From contig CAMDJN010000003.1 in NCBI GenBank assembly GCA_945900795.1, positions 1-57,953 on the forward strand: a DNA stretch of 57,953 nucleotides, given 5' to 3'. Shown here piece after piece: positions 30,759-43,301 of this stretch (position 1 is the stretch's first letter; each line of letters starts with the position of its first letter). The DNA comes from Rickettsia typhi (GTDB taxonomy: Bacteria; Pseudomonadota; Alphaproteobacteria; Rickettsiales; UBA1997). The position numbers and the translations under genes were made by a program. The notes below the pieces were generated by a model that worked only from the letters and a program-made list of their open reading frames with translations, did not search any database and was not told where the DNA came from.

Positions 30759-33404
30759 GTGGTCAATTCTAACTTAAAAGAGACTATCAGGCTACAGCAG
30801 CAGGCTTCTAATCCAGAAAATTCGGTTTGGGTTTTTGCCTCCGCGGGCTCAGGGAAGACTAAGATTCTTACGGACAGAGTCCTGAGATTGCTACTTGCGG
30901 ATGTCGCTCCTAGCAAAATTCTTTGCCTGACCTTTACCAGAGTTGCTGCATCAGAAATGCAAAATCGTATTAACTCTGAATTGGTAGAATGGATTTTGCA
31001 TGATGAGGAAAAGCTGCAACAAAAACTACATGATTTAAGCGGAAATTTTCCGAGTAAAAAAGAAATTCAGAAAGCGCAAAGTCTTTTGATCAAGACACTC
31101 GATGACGAGTTTAAAATCAAGGTTCAAACCATACATTCGTTTTGTCAGAATCTTATCAGAATTTTTCCATTTGAAGCAAAAGTTCGGCCAAATTTTGAAG
31201 TGATGGAAACGGTATCAGAAAAGTTGATGTTGCAAGATGTGCAGACAGAACTTCTCAGATCAGCTGCGAATAATCCCAACAACTTATTGCAAGATTTAAT
31301 CAAGAAAATTAATGCCAAATTAAACGACGAAGGCTTCTCTGAATTGGTTTCGAAGCTATTAAGCAGAAAAGAAGATTTAAATTTTCTGAAAGAAAAGTTC
31401 TTTGGGATGGAAAATGTAATCGCAAAAATCTTTCAAGATTTCGGTGTTAATCCCGATGAGACCTCAGAAAAAATTTTTACTGATTTTCTTTCCCAAATCA
31501 ATTTAGAAAAAACTCAAAAACTCAGTTCAATTCTTGATAATAGTGGCTCCGCAAGAAATGAAGACATCGCAATTTCGATAAATGAATTTCTAAAAAATCA
31601 GAAATATGAAAATTTTTTTTCTTACCGATCCGCTTTTTTTACTTTAGAAAATAAGCCAAGAAAAATTTATGGAAAGATAGCTGAGGATCCAGATTTACTT
31701 GAATCGATGGCTGATCAGCAAAAATTAATTTTGGAATTTTCGGATAAATTTAATTCGCTAGAAATCGCTAACGATACTGCACTATTACTACGTTTCGTTG
31801 ATCACGTGTTGCAGAATTATGATTTATTAAAACGTCATAAAGGCCTGCTGGACTACAATGATCTCATTTACAAAACCAACAAACTACTGGCAGAACCTGA
31901 TTTTGCTGATTGGGTAAAAATGAAGATGGACGGTACGTTTGATCATATTCTCATTGATGAGTCGCAAGATACTAATCACAAGCAGTGGAATATCGTAAAG
32001 GCTTTGAGCGATGATTTTTTTTCAGGCATGAGCTCGACGGATTCAAAACGTAGTATTTTTATTGTTGGAGATGAGAAGCAGTCGATTTACTCTTTTCAAG
32101 GTGCGGAGCCAAATATTAGTGCAGAAATCTTTTCTTATTTTGATAAGAAATTAGCCGGAAAATTGCAAAAAATTGAATTGAATAATTCTTTTCGTTCAAC
32201 CAGATCGGTCTTAGAGGCTGTTGACTTGGTATTTTCTGACCCTGGCAGAAAAAATGCTATTAGTAAAATTTCTGAATTTACAAAACATCATCCGATTCGA
32301 AGCGGAAGTGGAAAAGTAGAAATTTGGCCACAGGTGAAAAAAGAGAAAGAGGCTGGCAAGGCAAAGGATTCTCCTTTTATCAAATTTGATTCTTCGGAAG
32401 AAAACGAGGAAAAAGAAATTTTGGCTAAAATGATTGCCAAGAAAATTATTGATTCGATTGCGGAGGGTAGAATTCTGGAAAGCACTGTGAAGCCAGTCAG
32501 TTACGGTGACTTCATGATTCTACTTCGAAATCGAACCAACGGATTTGCTGAAATTTTAACAAAAGTTTTTACCAAAAATTCGATCCCATTTTCTGCGATT
32601 AGCAGAATTAAGTTTAGCAAAAGTTTAGTGATTCAAGATTTGCTTTCTGCGGCACGATTTGCGTTATTGAACCGTGACGATCTCAATTTGGCCTGTCTTC
32701 TGAAATCTCCATTTTTTGCTATTTCGGAAGAGGATTTGCTTGAATTATGCGCGGTAAGAAATGAGCGCGGAATTGCGCTATATGCAGCTTTGGACTATAT
32801 TGAAAAATTTCAAGACATCAAAAAATCACTTGTAGAAATTTCCAAAAAATCTTTGGAATTAAACTGTTTCGATTTTTTTTATTTCCTTCTACATGTAAAA
32901 GAGCATGACCAAAAGTTTATGTTGTATTTTGGTGATGAAGCTAGGGTAGCGCTGGATGAATTCAGTCTGTTCGTTCTAAATTTTTGTGAGAATTTTTCTG
33001 ATAATCTGCAGAAGTTTTTGGAATTTGTGATATTATTAGATCCAGAAATTTCACTTTCTGCAAACGATCAAAATCGAGTCAGAATAACCACGATCCATTC
33101 CTCAAAAGGTTTAGAATCTCCAATCGTTGTTCTGCCAGATTGTTGCTACAATGCAAATCAGCTACTAGCAACAAAAGAGTCAATCTCATGGCTTGACGGC
33201 ATTCCAATTTGGTGTCGAAAAAAAGAATTTGAAAATCAGATTTTAAAAAATCATAGGAAGGACAAAATCAAAGAAGTAAAAGAGGAATATTTAAGGCTTC
33301 TATATGTAGCAATGACAAGGGCTGAGGATGAGCTATATGTTGGCGGATTCGGTGACAGTAGAGATGAGGAATCTTGGTATGAGGTGGTCAGATCCTGTAT
33401 TTAA
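30759..33404 (+). CDS. addA: AddA-type UvrD superfamily helicase lacking C-terminal nuclease
   Basis: ASAGSGKT, IDESQDT, VGDEKQSIYSF, TIHSSKGLE, YVAMTRA. Confidence 0.88.
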   Translation: MVNSNLKETIRLQQQASNPENSVWVFASAGSGKTKILTDRVLRLLLADVAPSKILCLTFTRVAASEMQNRINSELVEWILHDEEKLQQKLHDLSGNFPSKKEIQKAQSLLIKTLDDEFKIKVQTIHSFCQNLIRIFPFEAKVRPNFEVMETVSEKLMLQDVQTELLRSAANNPNNLLQDLIKKINAKLNDEGFSELVSKLLSRKEDLNFLKEKFFGMENVIAKIFQDFGVNPDETSEKIFTDFLSQINLEKTQKLSSILDNSGSARNEDIAISINEFLKNQKYENFFSYRSAFFTLENKPRKIYGKIAEDPDLLESMADQQKLILEFSDKFNSLEIANDTALLLRFVDHVLQNYDLLKRHKGLLDYNDLIYKTNKLLAEPDFADWVKMKMDGTFDHILIDESQDTNHKQWNIVKALSDDFFSGMSSTDSKRSIFIVGDEKQSIYSFQGAEPNISAEIFSYFDKKLAGKLQKIELNNSFRSTRSVLEAVDLVFSDPGRKNAISKISEFTKHHPIRSGSGKVEIWPQVKKEKEAGKAKDSPFIKFDSSEENEEKEILAKMIAKKIIDSIAEGRILESTVKPVSYGDFMILLRNRTNGFAEILTKVFTKNSIPFSAISRIKFSKSLVIQDLLSAARFALLNRDDLNLACLLKSPFFAISEEDLLELCAVRNERGIALYAALDYIEKFQDIKKSLVEISKKSLELNCFDFFYFLLHVKEHDQKFMLYFGDEARVALDEFSLFVLNFCENFSDNLQKFLEFVILLDPEISLSANDQNRVRITTIHSSKGLESPIVVLPDCCYNANQLLATKESISWLDGIPIWCRKKEFENQILKNHRKDKIKEVKEEYLRLLYVAMTRAEDELYVGGFGDSRDEESWYEVVRSCI

Positions 33405-33412
33405 AGGCAATG

Positions 33413-33512
33413 AATTCGGGTGTAGTTTTTTGCCATGATTGCGCACTTTAATTGCTAGAAACCTTTTGAGGTTAACAACGATTCAAGGTTGCGCTAGGGG
33501 ATTGACTTCGCC
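33413..33512 (-). mobile_element. Diverged IS30 left-end remnant
   Basis: Aligns without gaps to 39-138 with about 14 mismatches in 100 bp (hand count). Encodes MAKNYTRI and then breaks off. Confidence 0.85.
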
Positions 33513-33601
33513 GAGACTGTTAAATTTTAGCGTGATTGCAAAATAAAAGTGAGTTTTTTAGGTTTGCTCTTGCACCCCTTGCAATACTAATGTTCACGTA
33601 A

Positions 33602-33677
33602 GCCTGGATAGCTCAGTTGGTAGAGCAAAGGACTGAAAATCCTTGTGTCGCTGGTTCGATTCCGGCTCCAGGCACCA
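33602..33677 (+). tRNA. tRNA-Phe(GAA)
   Basis: GCCTGGA...AAGGACTGAAAATCCTT...TCCAGGCACCA. Confidence 0.97.
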
Positions 33678-33689
33678 CCCCCCCCCTCA

Positions 33690-34544
33690 TTACTTACTCA
33701 ATAAAAATTCTTCCAAAGCAAGCATGTCAAGCCACGCAACTTTTTTTTTAGTTGGCTGACGCATCAAGTAGGAAGGGTGAAAAATTGTAAAAGTTTTTGT
33801 TTTCTTGGATAAAAAGCTTGGAGAAAAATCCATAAACTTTCCTCTGATCTTACTTACTGGGTCGTTAATGCCGAGTACCGCACTCATTGCAGTTGCGCCA
33901 ACTATAACAATCACTTTCGGCGCGAATAGTTGAATATGCCTCTCAACAAAAGGTCTACAAATCATCAACTCCTCATCGGTTGGCCTCCTGTTTCCTGGCG
34001 GTCTCCAAAAGATTACATTTGTGATATAAAAATCATCATCACGACGCATATTAATTGCGGCGAACATCTCATTTAAAACTTTGCCGGAATCGCCACAAAA
34101 TGGAATGCCTTGCAAGTCCTCATGATTACCAGGAGCCTCACCAATCACCATTACTTTTGCATTCGGATTGCCGTCACAAAACACGGTATTGGTTGCCATT
34201 TTTTTTAGATTACATCCATCAAAATTTTCTACTACCATCCTTAGCTCATCCAGCGTTCGAACTCCATCAGCTAATTTTTTTGCTTGAGCAATAATGTCAT
34301 TTAGTGGTAAGAACTTCTCCTCACTTTCCTGAATATTTTGAGATTTTTTGGCCAAAACTGAAATGGAATCGAATGTTGATAATGGTGGCTTGAAAAAGGT
34401 TTCTTGAGTATTTTTTTGAATCAGAGGAGTTGCGAGCGCAGATGTCTGACCAAAATAAGTAACCGGTTTCTCAGAAATAATTTCATCTAACCCGTTGTCA
34501 GAATAAAATTGCAAAACTTCAACCTGATTTTTCTTATCTATCAT
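33690..34544 (-). CDS. Uracil-DNA glycosylase, family 4
   Basis: IGEAPG, WRPPGNR, FHPSYL. Confidence 0.94.
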   Translation of the reverse strand: MIDKKNQVEVLQFYSDNGLDEIISEKPVTYFGQTSALATPLIQKNTQETFFKPPLSTFDSISVLAKKSQNIQESEEKFLPLNDIIAQAKKLADGVRTLDELRMVVENFDGCNLKKMATNTVFCDGNPNAKVMVIGEAPGNHEDLQGIPFCGDSGKVLNEMFAAINMRRDDDFYITNVIFWRPPGNRRPTDEELMICRPFVERHIQLFAPKVIVIVGATAMSAVLGINDPVSKIRGKFMDFSPSFLSKKTKTFTIFHPSYLMRQPTKKKVAWLDMLALEEFLLSK

Positions 34545-34992
34545 TTTTTACCAACTGCCTGATGAATGTCTGAAAATCATCAGTTTTTTCAAAATTTTTA
34601 TAGACCGAAGCAAACCTAACAAATGCGACTCGATCTAGCTTCTCCAGGGCGTCCATCACCATTTCACCAATTTTTGAAGAGGCTATTTCAGTTTCATTTT
34701 TTACTTCAAGTTGACGGATAATGTTATTTACCAATTTCTCCACCTGCAATTCCGATACGGGACGTTTACGCACTGCCATCTCGATTGATTTTTTTAGCTT
34801 TTCTGGATCAAAAATTTTCTTCTCAGAATTCTTTTTGATAACCAGAATCTCACGCAATTGAACACGTTCAAACGTTGTAAATCGGGAATCGCAGGCAGGG
34901 CAATATCTCCTTCTTTTGATCGACTCTCCATCATCAGAAGTTCTACTATCCTTAACTTGTGTTTCGACATTTCCGCAGAATGGACAACGCAT
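34534..34992 (-). CDS. nrdR: Transcriptional repressor NrdR
   Basis: MRCPFC...RRRYCPAC..RFTTFE, RFASVY. Confidence 0.97.
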   Translation of the reverse strand: MRCPFCGNVETQVKDSRTSDDGESIKRRRYCPACDSRFTTFERVQLREILVIKKNSEKKIFDPEKLKKSIEMAVRKRPVSELQVEKLVNNIIRQLEVKNETEIASSKIGEMVMDALEKLDRVAFVRFASVYKNFEKTDDFQTFIRQLVKNDR

Positions 34993-35000
34993 AATTTTTA

Positions 35001-36089
35001 CTAATTTCTTGCTTCAAAATTTATTCTTGGATCAACGATTCTGTAGGTAAAATCGCTTATAATATTTGCAACAAGCCCAAGCAAAGCGAAGATATAAAGC
35101 GTTGCAAACATTGCTGGATAATCTCTTGAAATAGCGGCTTCGTAGCCAAAGAGACCTAGGCCATCCAGAGAAAAAATTACCTCAATCAGCATCGAGCTGG
35201 AAAACAAAATCCCGATTAAAGCCGCAGGAAGTCCAGAGATTATGATCAGCATTGCGTTACGAAAAACATGCTTGTACAGAATTTGTTTTTGATTCAGGCC
35301 CTTGGCATAAGCGGTTAAAACATATTGTTTGCTGATTTCTTCCAAAAAAGAATTCTTACAAAAGAAAGTTAGAGAGGCGAAGCCGCCAACAACCATCGCA
35401 GTAATTGGTAGAGTCATGTGCCAAAAATAATCGATGATTTTTTGTAACAAGGAAAGTTCGCTAAAATTCTCTGAAACCAGGCCGCGTAAGGGAAAGATGT
35501 TCAGGAAATTTCCTCCCGAGAAAAGAGTTATTAGCAAAATTGCGAAGAGAAAAGATGGAATTGCATGTAGAAAAATCACCACGCTACTTGTCCATAAATC
35601 AAATTTTGAACCATCGCTAATAGCTTTTTTAATACCAAGCGGAATGGAAATCAGATAGATTAGTAAGCTTGTCCAGAGGCCGATGGAGATTGATACCGGA
35701 AGTTTCTCAAATATCAGATCTGTAATCTTTTTATTTTGATAAAAACTTTCCCCAAAATCGAAGGTAATAAATTTCTTTATCATCAGAAAAAAACGGTCGG
35801 ATGGGTCTAAATCGAAACCGTAAAGCTTCTCTATTTTTGTGATTATTTCCTCATCAATACCTCTGGAGCCCTGGTATTTTAGACCTTGTGATGTGTTAGA
35901 ATTTTTGATAAAATTTGTTGTAACCTCTCCGCCAACTTCACCATCAACTTTTGTTGCGTGATTCATCTGCGCAATAAATCGTTCCACAGGTCCGCCAGGA
36001 GCGGTTTGAATAATTAAAAAATTTACCAGCATTATTATGAATAATGTTGGAAAAATTAGTAGAAATCTTTTTAGGAAGTAGAGTTTCAT
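35001..36089 (-). CDS. yejB: Peptide ABC transporter permease YejB
   Basis: APGGPVE, DFGESF, HVFRNAML, DPRINF. Start at MKLYFLKR. Confidence 0.9.
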   Translation of the reverse strand: MKLYFLKRFLLIFPTLFIIMLVNFLIIQTAPGGPVERFIAQMNHATKVDGEVGGEVTTNFIKNSNTSQGLKYQGSRGIDEEIITKIEKLYGFDLDPSDRFFLMIKKFITFDFGESFYQNKKITDLIFEKLPVSISIGLWTSLLIYLISIPLGIKKAISDGSKFDLWTSSVVIFLHAIPSFLFAILLITLFSGGNFLNIFPLRGLVSENFSELSLLQKIIDYFWHMTLPITAMVVGGFASLTFFCKNSFLEEISKQYVLTAYAKGLNQKQILYKHVFRNAMLIIISGLPAALIGILFSSSMLIEVIFSLDGLGLFGYEAAISRDYPAMFATLYIFALLGLVANIISDFTYRIVDPRINFEARN

Positions 36090-36176
36090 GGCGGTGAAAG
36101 TTGTAGGTCGAAAAGGCGTAAGGCAAGGTATAAGAATTTGTCCCAAGGTATATTTCGCGACTCAATACTCGTGACT

Positions 36177-36329
36177 CATACCCAACCAACTTCAAGAAGT
36201 TGATTGGGTATAAGTTTTTATTTTGTACGCGACCCGAGTCGCGCCCCCCAAAGATTAAACAACTTGCGGGGATCCCCGATATACCGAATCTGATAAAAAA
36301 GATCGGTATGTTGAATCAGATTCGGTATA
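36177..36329 (+). repeat. Composite hairpin-connector-hairpin repeat, copy 2
   Basis: Same first hairpin and connector as copy 1, with a different second hairpin TATACCGAATCTGA...TCAGATTCGGTATA. Confidence 0.9.
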
Positions 36330-36336
36330 TACCTTA

Positions 36337-36480
36337 GGAACCTCTGAAAAACCTGGATTTTTCGGGGAATTTTTAGGAAGATCAGTTTGCGAGCAGGTAA
36401 GCGTACTAAGAGGTACGTGCTCGCGAGCAAATTGGTCTGACAACAAAATTATCGAAAAAGATGGTTTTTCAGAGGTTCCC
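36337..36480 (+). repeat. RPE-like palindromic miniature element, family B
   Basis: Ends GGAACCTCTGAAAAACC / GGTTTTTCAGAGGTTCCC, flanked by TTA, core GCGTAC-N6-GTACGT. Homologous to 55090-55230. Confidence 0.88.
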
Positions 36481-37671
36481 TTACCTATCCACCTCTCCGA
36501 ATACGATATCTTGAGTAGAAATTACGGTGACTACGTCTGCTAGAAGATGGCCTTTTGTCATGAATTCTAGACCTTGCAAATGAGAGAAGCCTGGTGCGCG
36601 AATTCTGCATCGATGCGGCTTGTTTGAGCCGTCAGAAATTAGATAAACTCCAAATTCTCCCTTGGGTGCCTCAACGGCTGCGTACACTTCTCCGGCGGGA
36701 ACGTGATAACCTTCGGTGTAAAGCTTAAAATGGTTGATCATAACTTCCATCGAGTGCTTCATATCATTTCTTTTTGGCGGAGAAATTTTTGGATCATCAG
36801 TTGCAATTTCTCCTGTCGGAATTTTCTCGATACATTGCTTTATCAGATTTACTGATTGTCGCATTTCTTCGACACGAATCAAATAGCGGTCGTAGGAATC
36901 GCCATGTTTTCCAATTGGAATATCAAAATCTAATTCGGAATAAATTTCGTAAGGTTGCGATTTGCGCAAGTCCCAAGCAATTCCAGAGCCACGAATCATC
37001 GGACCAGAAAATCCGTAATCGAGCGCCTGTTCTTTGGAAACAATTCCGATTTCAACCATACGTTGTTTGAAGATGCGGTTGTCGGTTAAAAGAGAATCTA
37101 GGTCATCAATATGTTTTGGAAATTGTTCAGCAAATTCTGCGATTTCTTCGAGTAATCCTTTTGGCAAATCTTGATGAACTCCACCTGGTCGAATGTAGGC
37201 CGCATGCATTCTTGAGCCGCTTACTTTCTCATAAAATCCCATCATTTTTTCTCGCTCTTCGAATAGCCACAGCAATGGCGTCATCGCTCCAACATCAAGT
37301 GCCTGAGTGGTTACTGCCATAATGTGGTTGAGGATGCGGGTAATCTCAGAAAATAATACGCGTATAAATTTGGCGCGACGAGGAATTTCACAACCAAGCA
37401 GTTTTTCTACAGCCAGCGCGTAAGCGTGTTCTTGACACATTGGCGAAACATAGTCAAGGCGGTCGAAATATGGAACGGCTTGTAGGTAAGTTTTGTATTC
37501 AATGAGTTTTTCAGTACCGCGATGGAGCAGGCCTATGTGAGGATCGGCGCGAGTGATGACTTCTCCATCCATTTCTAAAATAAGACGTAAAACCCCGTGT
37601 GCTGCCGGATGTTGCGGACCAAAATTAATGGTCATGGTTTGTTTATTAGAAGGTATGGATTGCGATGTCAC
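36481..37671 (-). CDS. nuoD: NADH-quinone oxidoreductase subunit D
   Basis: [31 protein letters not shown]. Confidence 0.98.
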   Translation of the reverse strand: MTSQSIPSNKQTMTINFGPQHPAAHGVLRLILEMDGEVITRADPHIGLLHRGTEKLIEYKTYLQAVPYFDRLDYVSPMCQEHAYALAVEKLLGCEIPRRAKFIRVLFSEITRILNHIMAVTTQALDVGAMTPLLWLFEEREKMMGFYEKVSGSRMHAAYIRPGGVHQDLPKGLLEEIAEFAEQFPKHIDDLDSLLTDNRIFKQRMVEIGIVSKEQALDYGFSGPMIRGSGIAWDLRKSQPYEIYSELDFDIPIGKHGDSYDRYLIRVEEMRQSVNLIKQCIEKIPTGEIATDDPKISPPKRNDMKHSMEVMINHFKLYTEGYHVPAGEVYAAVEAPKGEFGVYLISDGSNKPHRCRIRAPGFSHLQGLEFMTKGHLLADVVTVISTQDIVFGEVDR

Positions 37672-37736
37672 AGAATGAAGTATAAAATTAATTAGCTAAT
37701 AGCGCCTAATTTTTTTAGAAAACCAATGTTCAAAAC

Positions 37737-38690
37737 TCAAATTGTTTTCTGAACTAAAAATCCATCAACGGTAATGTCAGCTTCAGCTCCTAAAACCAGT
37801 GGCCTCATGTTTTTGGAGTGTCCCAAGCATTTTGATTTTTCTTCAAAAACTGAAAAATTAATTTTGTTTTCAGCAAGTTTTTTTATAAATCTCTCAATCG
37901 CTATTTTGATATTTTTTGCCTTTGGAGTTCCATGAGGATTAGCTTGCAAGAAGTTTCCAAGAAGGATCGCTTTTGGATATGATTTATTCTCGATCATGAT
38001 GTTAATCATGTGGCTGAAATAGCGATCAAGCCGCTCTCCACTCTCTCCCTCATCTTCCAGAAAAAGAATTTTATCTTTCCAATTAATTTGATTTTTTGTG
38101 CCGAAATGCGAGGCAATAACGCTAATACAGCCACCTACAATAGTTGTAGATCGTATGTCATAAGTCGTAAGTTTGGTAAGAGATTTTAACTCATATTTCA
38201 ACTCAGAAAGTTTTCCTAAAATAAAATTTAGGATCACCTTTTCTGATTTTTTTGAGACTTTATTTAGTACGATTTGAGCCAGCACAGGAGCGCTTACAAT
38301 CTTCCATCCCCATTCCTCAATTAACAATTTGTTGAAGGAAGAAATGTCGCTAAATCCGATAAAAATTTTTTCTTTTTTTGGCTTCTTTAATTTCGTAAGA
38401 AATGGCAATAATTCGGCGCTGCCATATCCTCCGCGAGCACACCAAATTATTTTTGAATCAGGAGCTTCTATAGCATTCTTTAATTGCTCAAAACGTTTTG
38501 AAGCATCGAAAGACGAGAATTCGTGAGATATTGTTTTTTTTAATGTCAGTTCTCTTTCTAAGAAAATTCTTGGAACAAAATTAGATTTTTCCAAAAAAAC
38601 TTTGATTTTTTCTATCTCGGAAAAAATACTGGAAGTGCCGGGGAATACAACATCTACAATGTCATTTTGTTTTAGAAAATCAAAAATCAT
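37737..38690 (-). CDS. LD-carboxypeptidase (S66)
   Basis: WCARGGYG, IGFSDIS, LFLEDEGE, LGH. Confidence 0.9.
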   Translation of the reverse strand: MIFDFLKQNDIVDVVFPGTSSIFSEIEKIKVFLEKSNFVPRIFLERELTLKKTISHEFSSFDASKRFEQLKNAIEAPDSKIIWCARGGYGSAELLPFLTKLKKPKKEKIFIGFSDISSFNKLLIEEWGWKIVSAPVLAQIVLNKVSKKSEKVILNFILGKLSELKYELKSLTKLTTYDIRSTTIVGGCISVIASHFGTKNQINWKDKILFLEDEGESGERLDRYFSHMINIMIENKSYPKAILLGNFLQANPHGTPKAKNIKIAIERFIKKLAENKINFSVFEEKSKCLGHSKNMRPLVLGAEADITVDGFLVQKTI

Positions 38691-38730
38691 ATTTGGCAAG
38701 AATCATATTCTGGGATTAAAAAAACTTTAA

Positions 38731-38778
38731 GGGAACCTCTAAAAATTAGATTTTTTTGAGAAATTTTTAGAGGTTCCC
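38731..38778. repeat. Internally deleted family-B element (48 bp)
   Basis: GGGAACCTCTAAAAATTAGATTTTTTTGAGAAATTTTTAGAGGTTCCC matches both ends of 55090-55230. Confidence 0.85.
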
Positions 38779-39016
38779 TTGGGACAGGTTCTTAGAGAAA
38801 TTTATCACCGAACATAATAAAATTTTTTCAACAACAAATTTACAGAAGGCCTGCCAAAAAAACGGGCGCAAAATCATAATCTACTTAGCATGGAAACGCC
38901 TTCTAGTTTTACAACGACAGGAGTTGGGGCTGTACTAAGAAATGGAGTGGTCATCCCTCTTCTACATCAACTCTTACCTCATCGACCATTGGAGAAAGAG
39001 ACAAAGTAACCTTCAA

Positions 39017-41598
<2,582 letters not shown>

Positions 41599-41622
41599 GT
41601 ACAAAGATTTTTGTACGATGTT

Positions 41623-42480
41623 ATGAAGCAACAGCAGCAACATAAGCAATATCTTAACTTCAACCGCGTCAGTACAAATTATAGCTTTAAATACAGTTTT
41701 GATCTAATTTTTAATAGGATTGAAACTGTATTTTTTAGTTTTCTTTGTGTACTTTTCTTAGTGGTTTCAAGAATAGATGATGACTTTTCCAAAGATGTCT
41801 CTTTCGCATTTACCAGCGTGTCAATGCCGGTAGTCAAAATCGCTTCATTTCCCTTCAATACCCTCATCGATCTTCTTACAAATTTTAACGAATTGGTTGA
41901 AGCTAAAAAAGAAAACAAAGTTCTTAAAGAAGAATTAAGTAAGCTGAAATCCTTCTATATCACAGCTCTTAACACTTACAGAGAGAATCAGGAATTACGA
42001 AAAATTCTAACCTTTGCCTCACCTAAAAGCACAAATTTTAAGGTGGCGCGAGTTATTGGTAAATCTCATCAACTTTTTAATCAGAAAATTTTTATCGATA
42101 TTGGTAAGAACCGCGATATAAAAGAGGGCGAGGCTGTCACTGGTACTCACGGATTGATGGGTAGAGTTCTTGAGGTTGGTGATCATAGATCGCGTTTAAT
42201 GTTATTGACCGATGCCAGTTCGCGTATTCCAGTTATTACTTCCAGATCTCGAACTAAGGCAATTTTAGCTGGCAATAGCAGTAACCTGATGGAGATGTTA
42301 TACTTACCAAAAAATCATTCTGTTGAAGTGGGAGATTTAGTATTTACCTCTGGAGATGGTGACGCTTTGCCACTTGGATTGCTTGTTGGTGTAGTTAAAA
42401 AAATTGATAAGGGATACGCAGCTGTTGAGATGGTAGAAGATGTGAATAATGCGGATATAGTGACCATAATGGTCTATTGA
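41623..42480 (+). CDS. mreC: Rod shape-determining protein MreC
   Basis: Follows mreB. TM helix, coiled coil (ENQELRKIL), TSGDG..P.GL.VG. Confidence 0.92.
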   Translation: MKQQQQHKQYLNFNRVSTNYSFKYSFDLIFNRIETVFFSFLCVLFLVVSRIDDDFSKDVSFAFTSVSMPVVKIASFPFNTLIDLLTNFNELVEAKKENKVLKEELSKLKSFYITALNTYRENQELRKILTFASPKSTNFKVARVIGKSHQLFNQKIFIDIGKNRDIKEGEAVTGTHGLMGRVLEVGDHRSRLMLLTDASSRIPVITSRSRTKAILAGNSSNLMEMLYLPKNHSVEVGDLVFTSGDGDALPLGLLVGVVKKIDKGYAAVEMVEDVNNADIVTIMVY

Positions 42481-43301
42481 TGGCGCAGCATAAAAACTTA
42501 TTCGTTTTTGACATCGAAACTATTCCCGACATTGATGCTGCAAGAAATTTATTAGATTTACCAAATGCCTCACAGGAAGAGTTAAGGCAGGCTCTTGTCC
42601 AATATCATCTTGAGATTACTAACCAGAAAAATTCCTTCCTACGTCAACCATTCCATAAGGTTGTTTGCATCAGTTTTTTAGAAGCAGAAATTATTCCTAA
42701 TCACAACGGACAAGAATCTTACCAATTGATTGATATACGTTCAGGTGGCGATTTAAACTCATCAGAAGGTGATTTGATCAAAGGTTTCTTCTCTCATTTA
42801 AAGAAAAATCATTCACGTTTAGTTAGCTTTAATGGTAAAAGTTTTGACATGTCAGTGTTAAAATATGCAGCGATGAAGCATGAGATTGAAGCTGCCTGGC
42901 TGTACAAATCTGGAGATAAGTGGAATAATTACAATCAGCGCTATTCGCTTGATTGGCATTGCGATTTGGCTGAGGCTTTTTCTGATTTTGGTGCCTCCGC
43001 AAAAGTGAAAATGAACGAGCTTTGCGCTGCTTTCGGATTGCCAGGAAAAGTTGGTATTGATGGGTCAATGGTGATGGATTTTTATGACCAAGGAAAGCTA
43101 AAAGAAATCAGAGATTATTGCGAAACAGACGTGCTTAATACTTATCTACTTTACCTTATTTACCAGCATCACAACGGCTCAATTTCTCATCATTCAATGA
43201 CGGAATGCAAAAAGAATCTAACAGAATTTTTGCAAAAAGAATCCAAAGCTAGGCCACACTTTTCTGAATTCCTGGGTAATGAGGAAGTGAAAAGATCTTA
43301 A
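42480..43301 (+). CDS. PolB-like 3'-5' exonuclease
   Basis: FDIETIPD, SFNGKSFD, YCETDV (DEDDy). Confidence 0.9.
   Translation: MAQHKNLFVFDIETIPDIDAARNLLDLPNASQEELRQALVQYHLEITNQKNSFLRQPFHKVVCISFLEAEIIPNHNGQESYQLIDIRSGGDLNSSEGDLIKGFFSHLKKNHSRLVSFNGKSFDMSVLKYAAMKHEIEAAWLYKSGDKWNNYNQRYSLDWHCDLAEAFSDFGASAKVKMNELCAAFGLPGKVGIDGSMVMDFYDQGKLKEIRDYCETDVLNTYLLYLIYQHHNGSISHHSMTECKKNLTEFLQKESKARPHFSEFLGNEEVKRS

Noticed and set aside
33678-33687. C10 tract after tRNA-Phe as a phase-variation switch
   Set aside because: It lies between convergent 3' ends, so it cannot shift a frame or promoter spacing.
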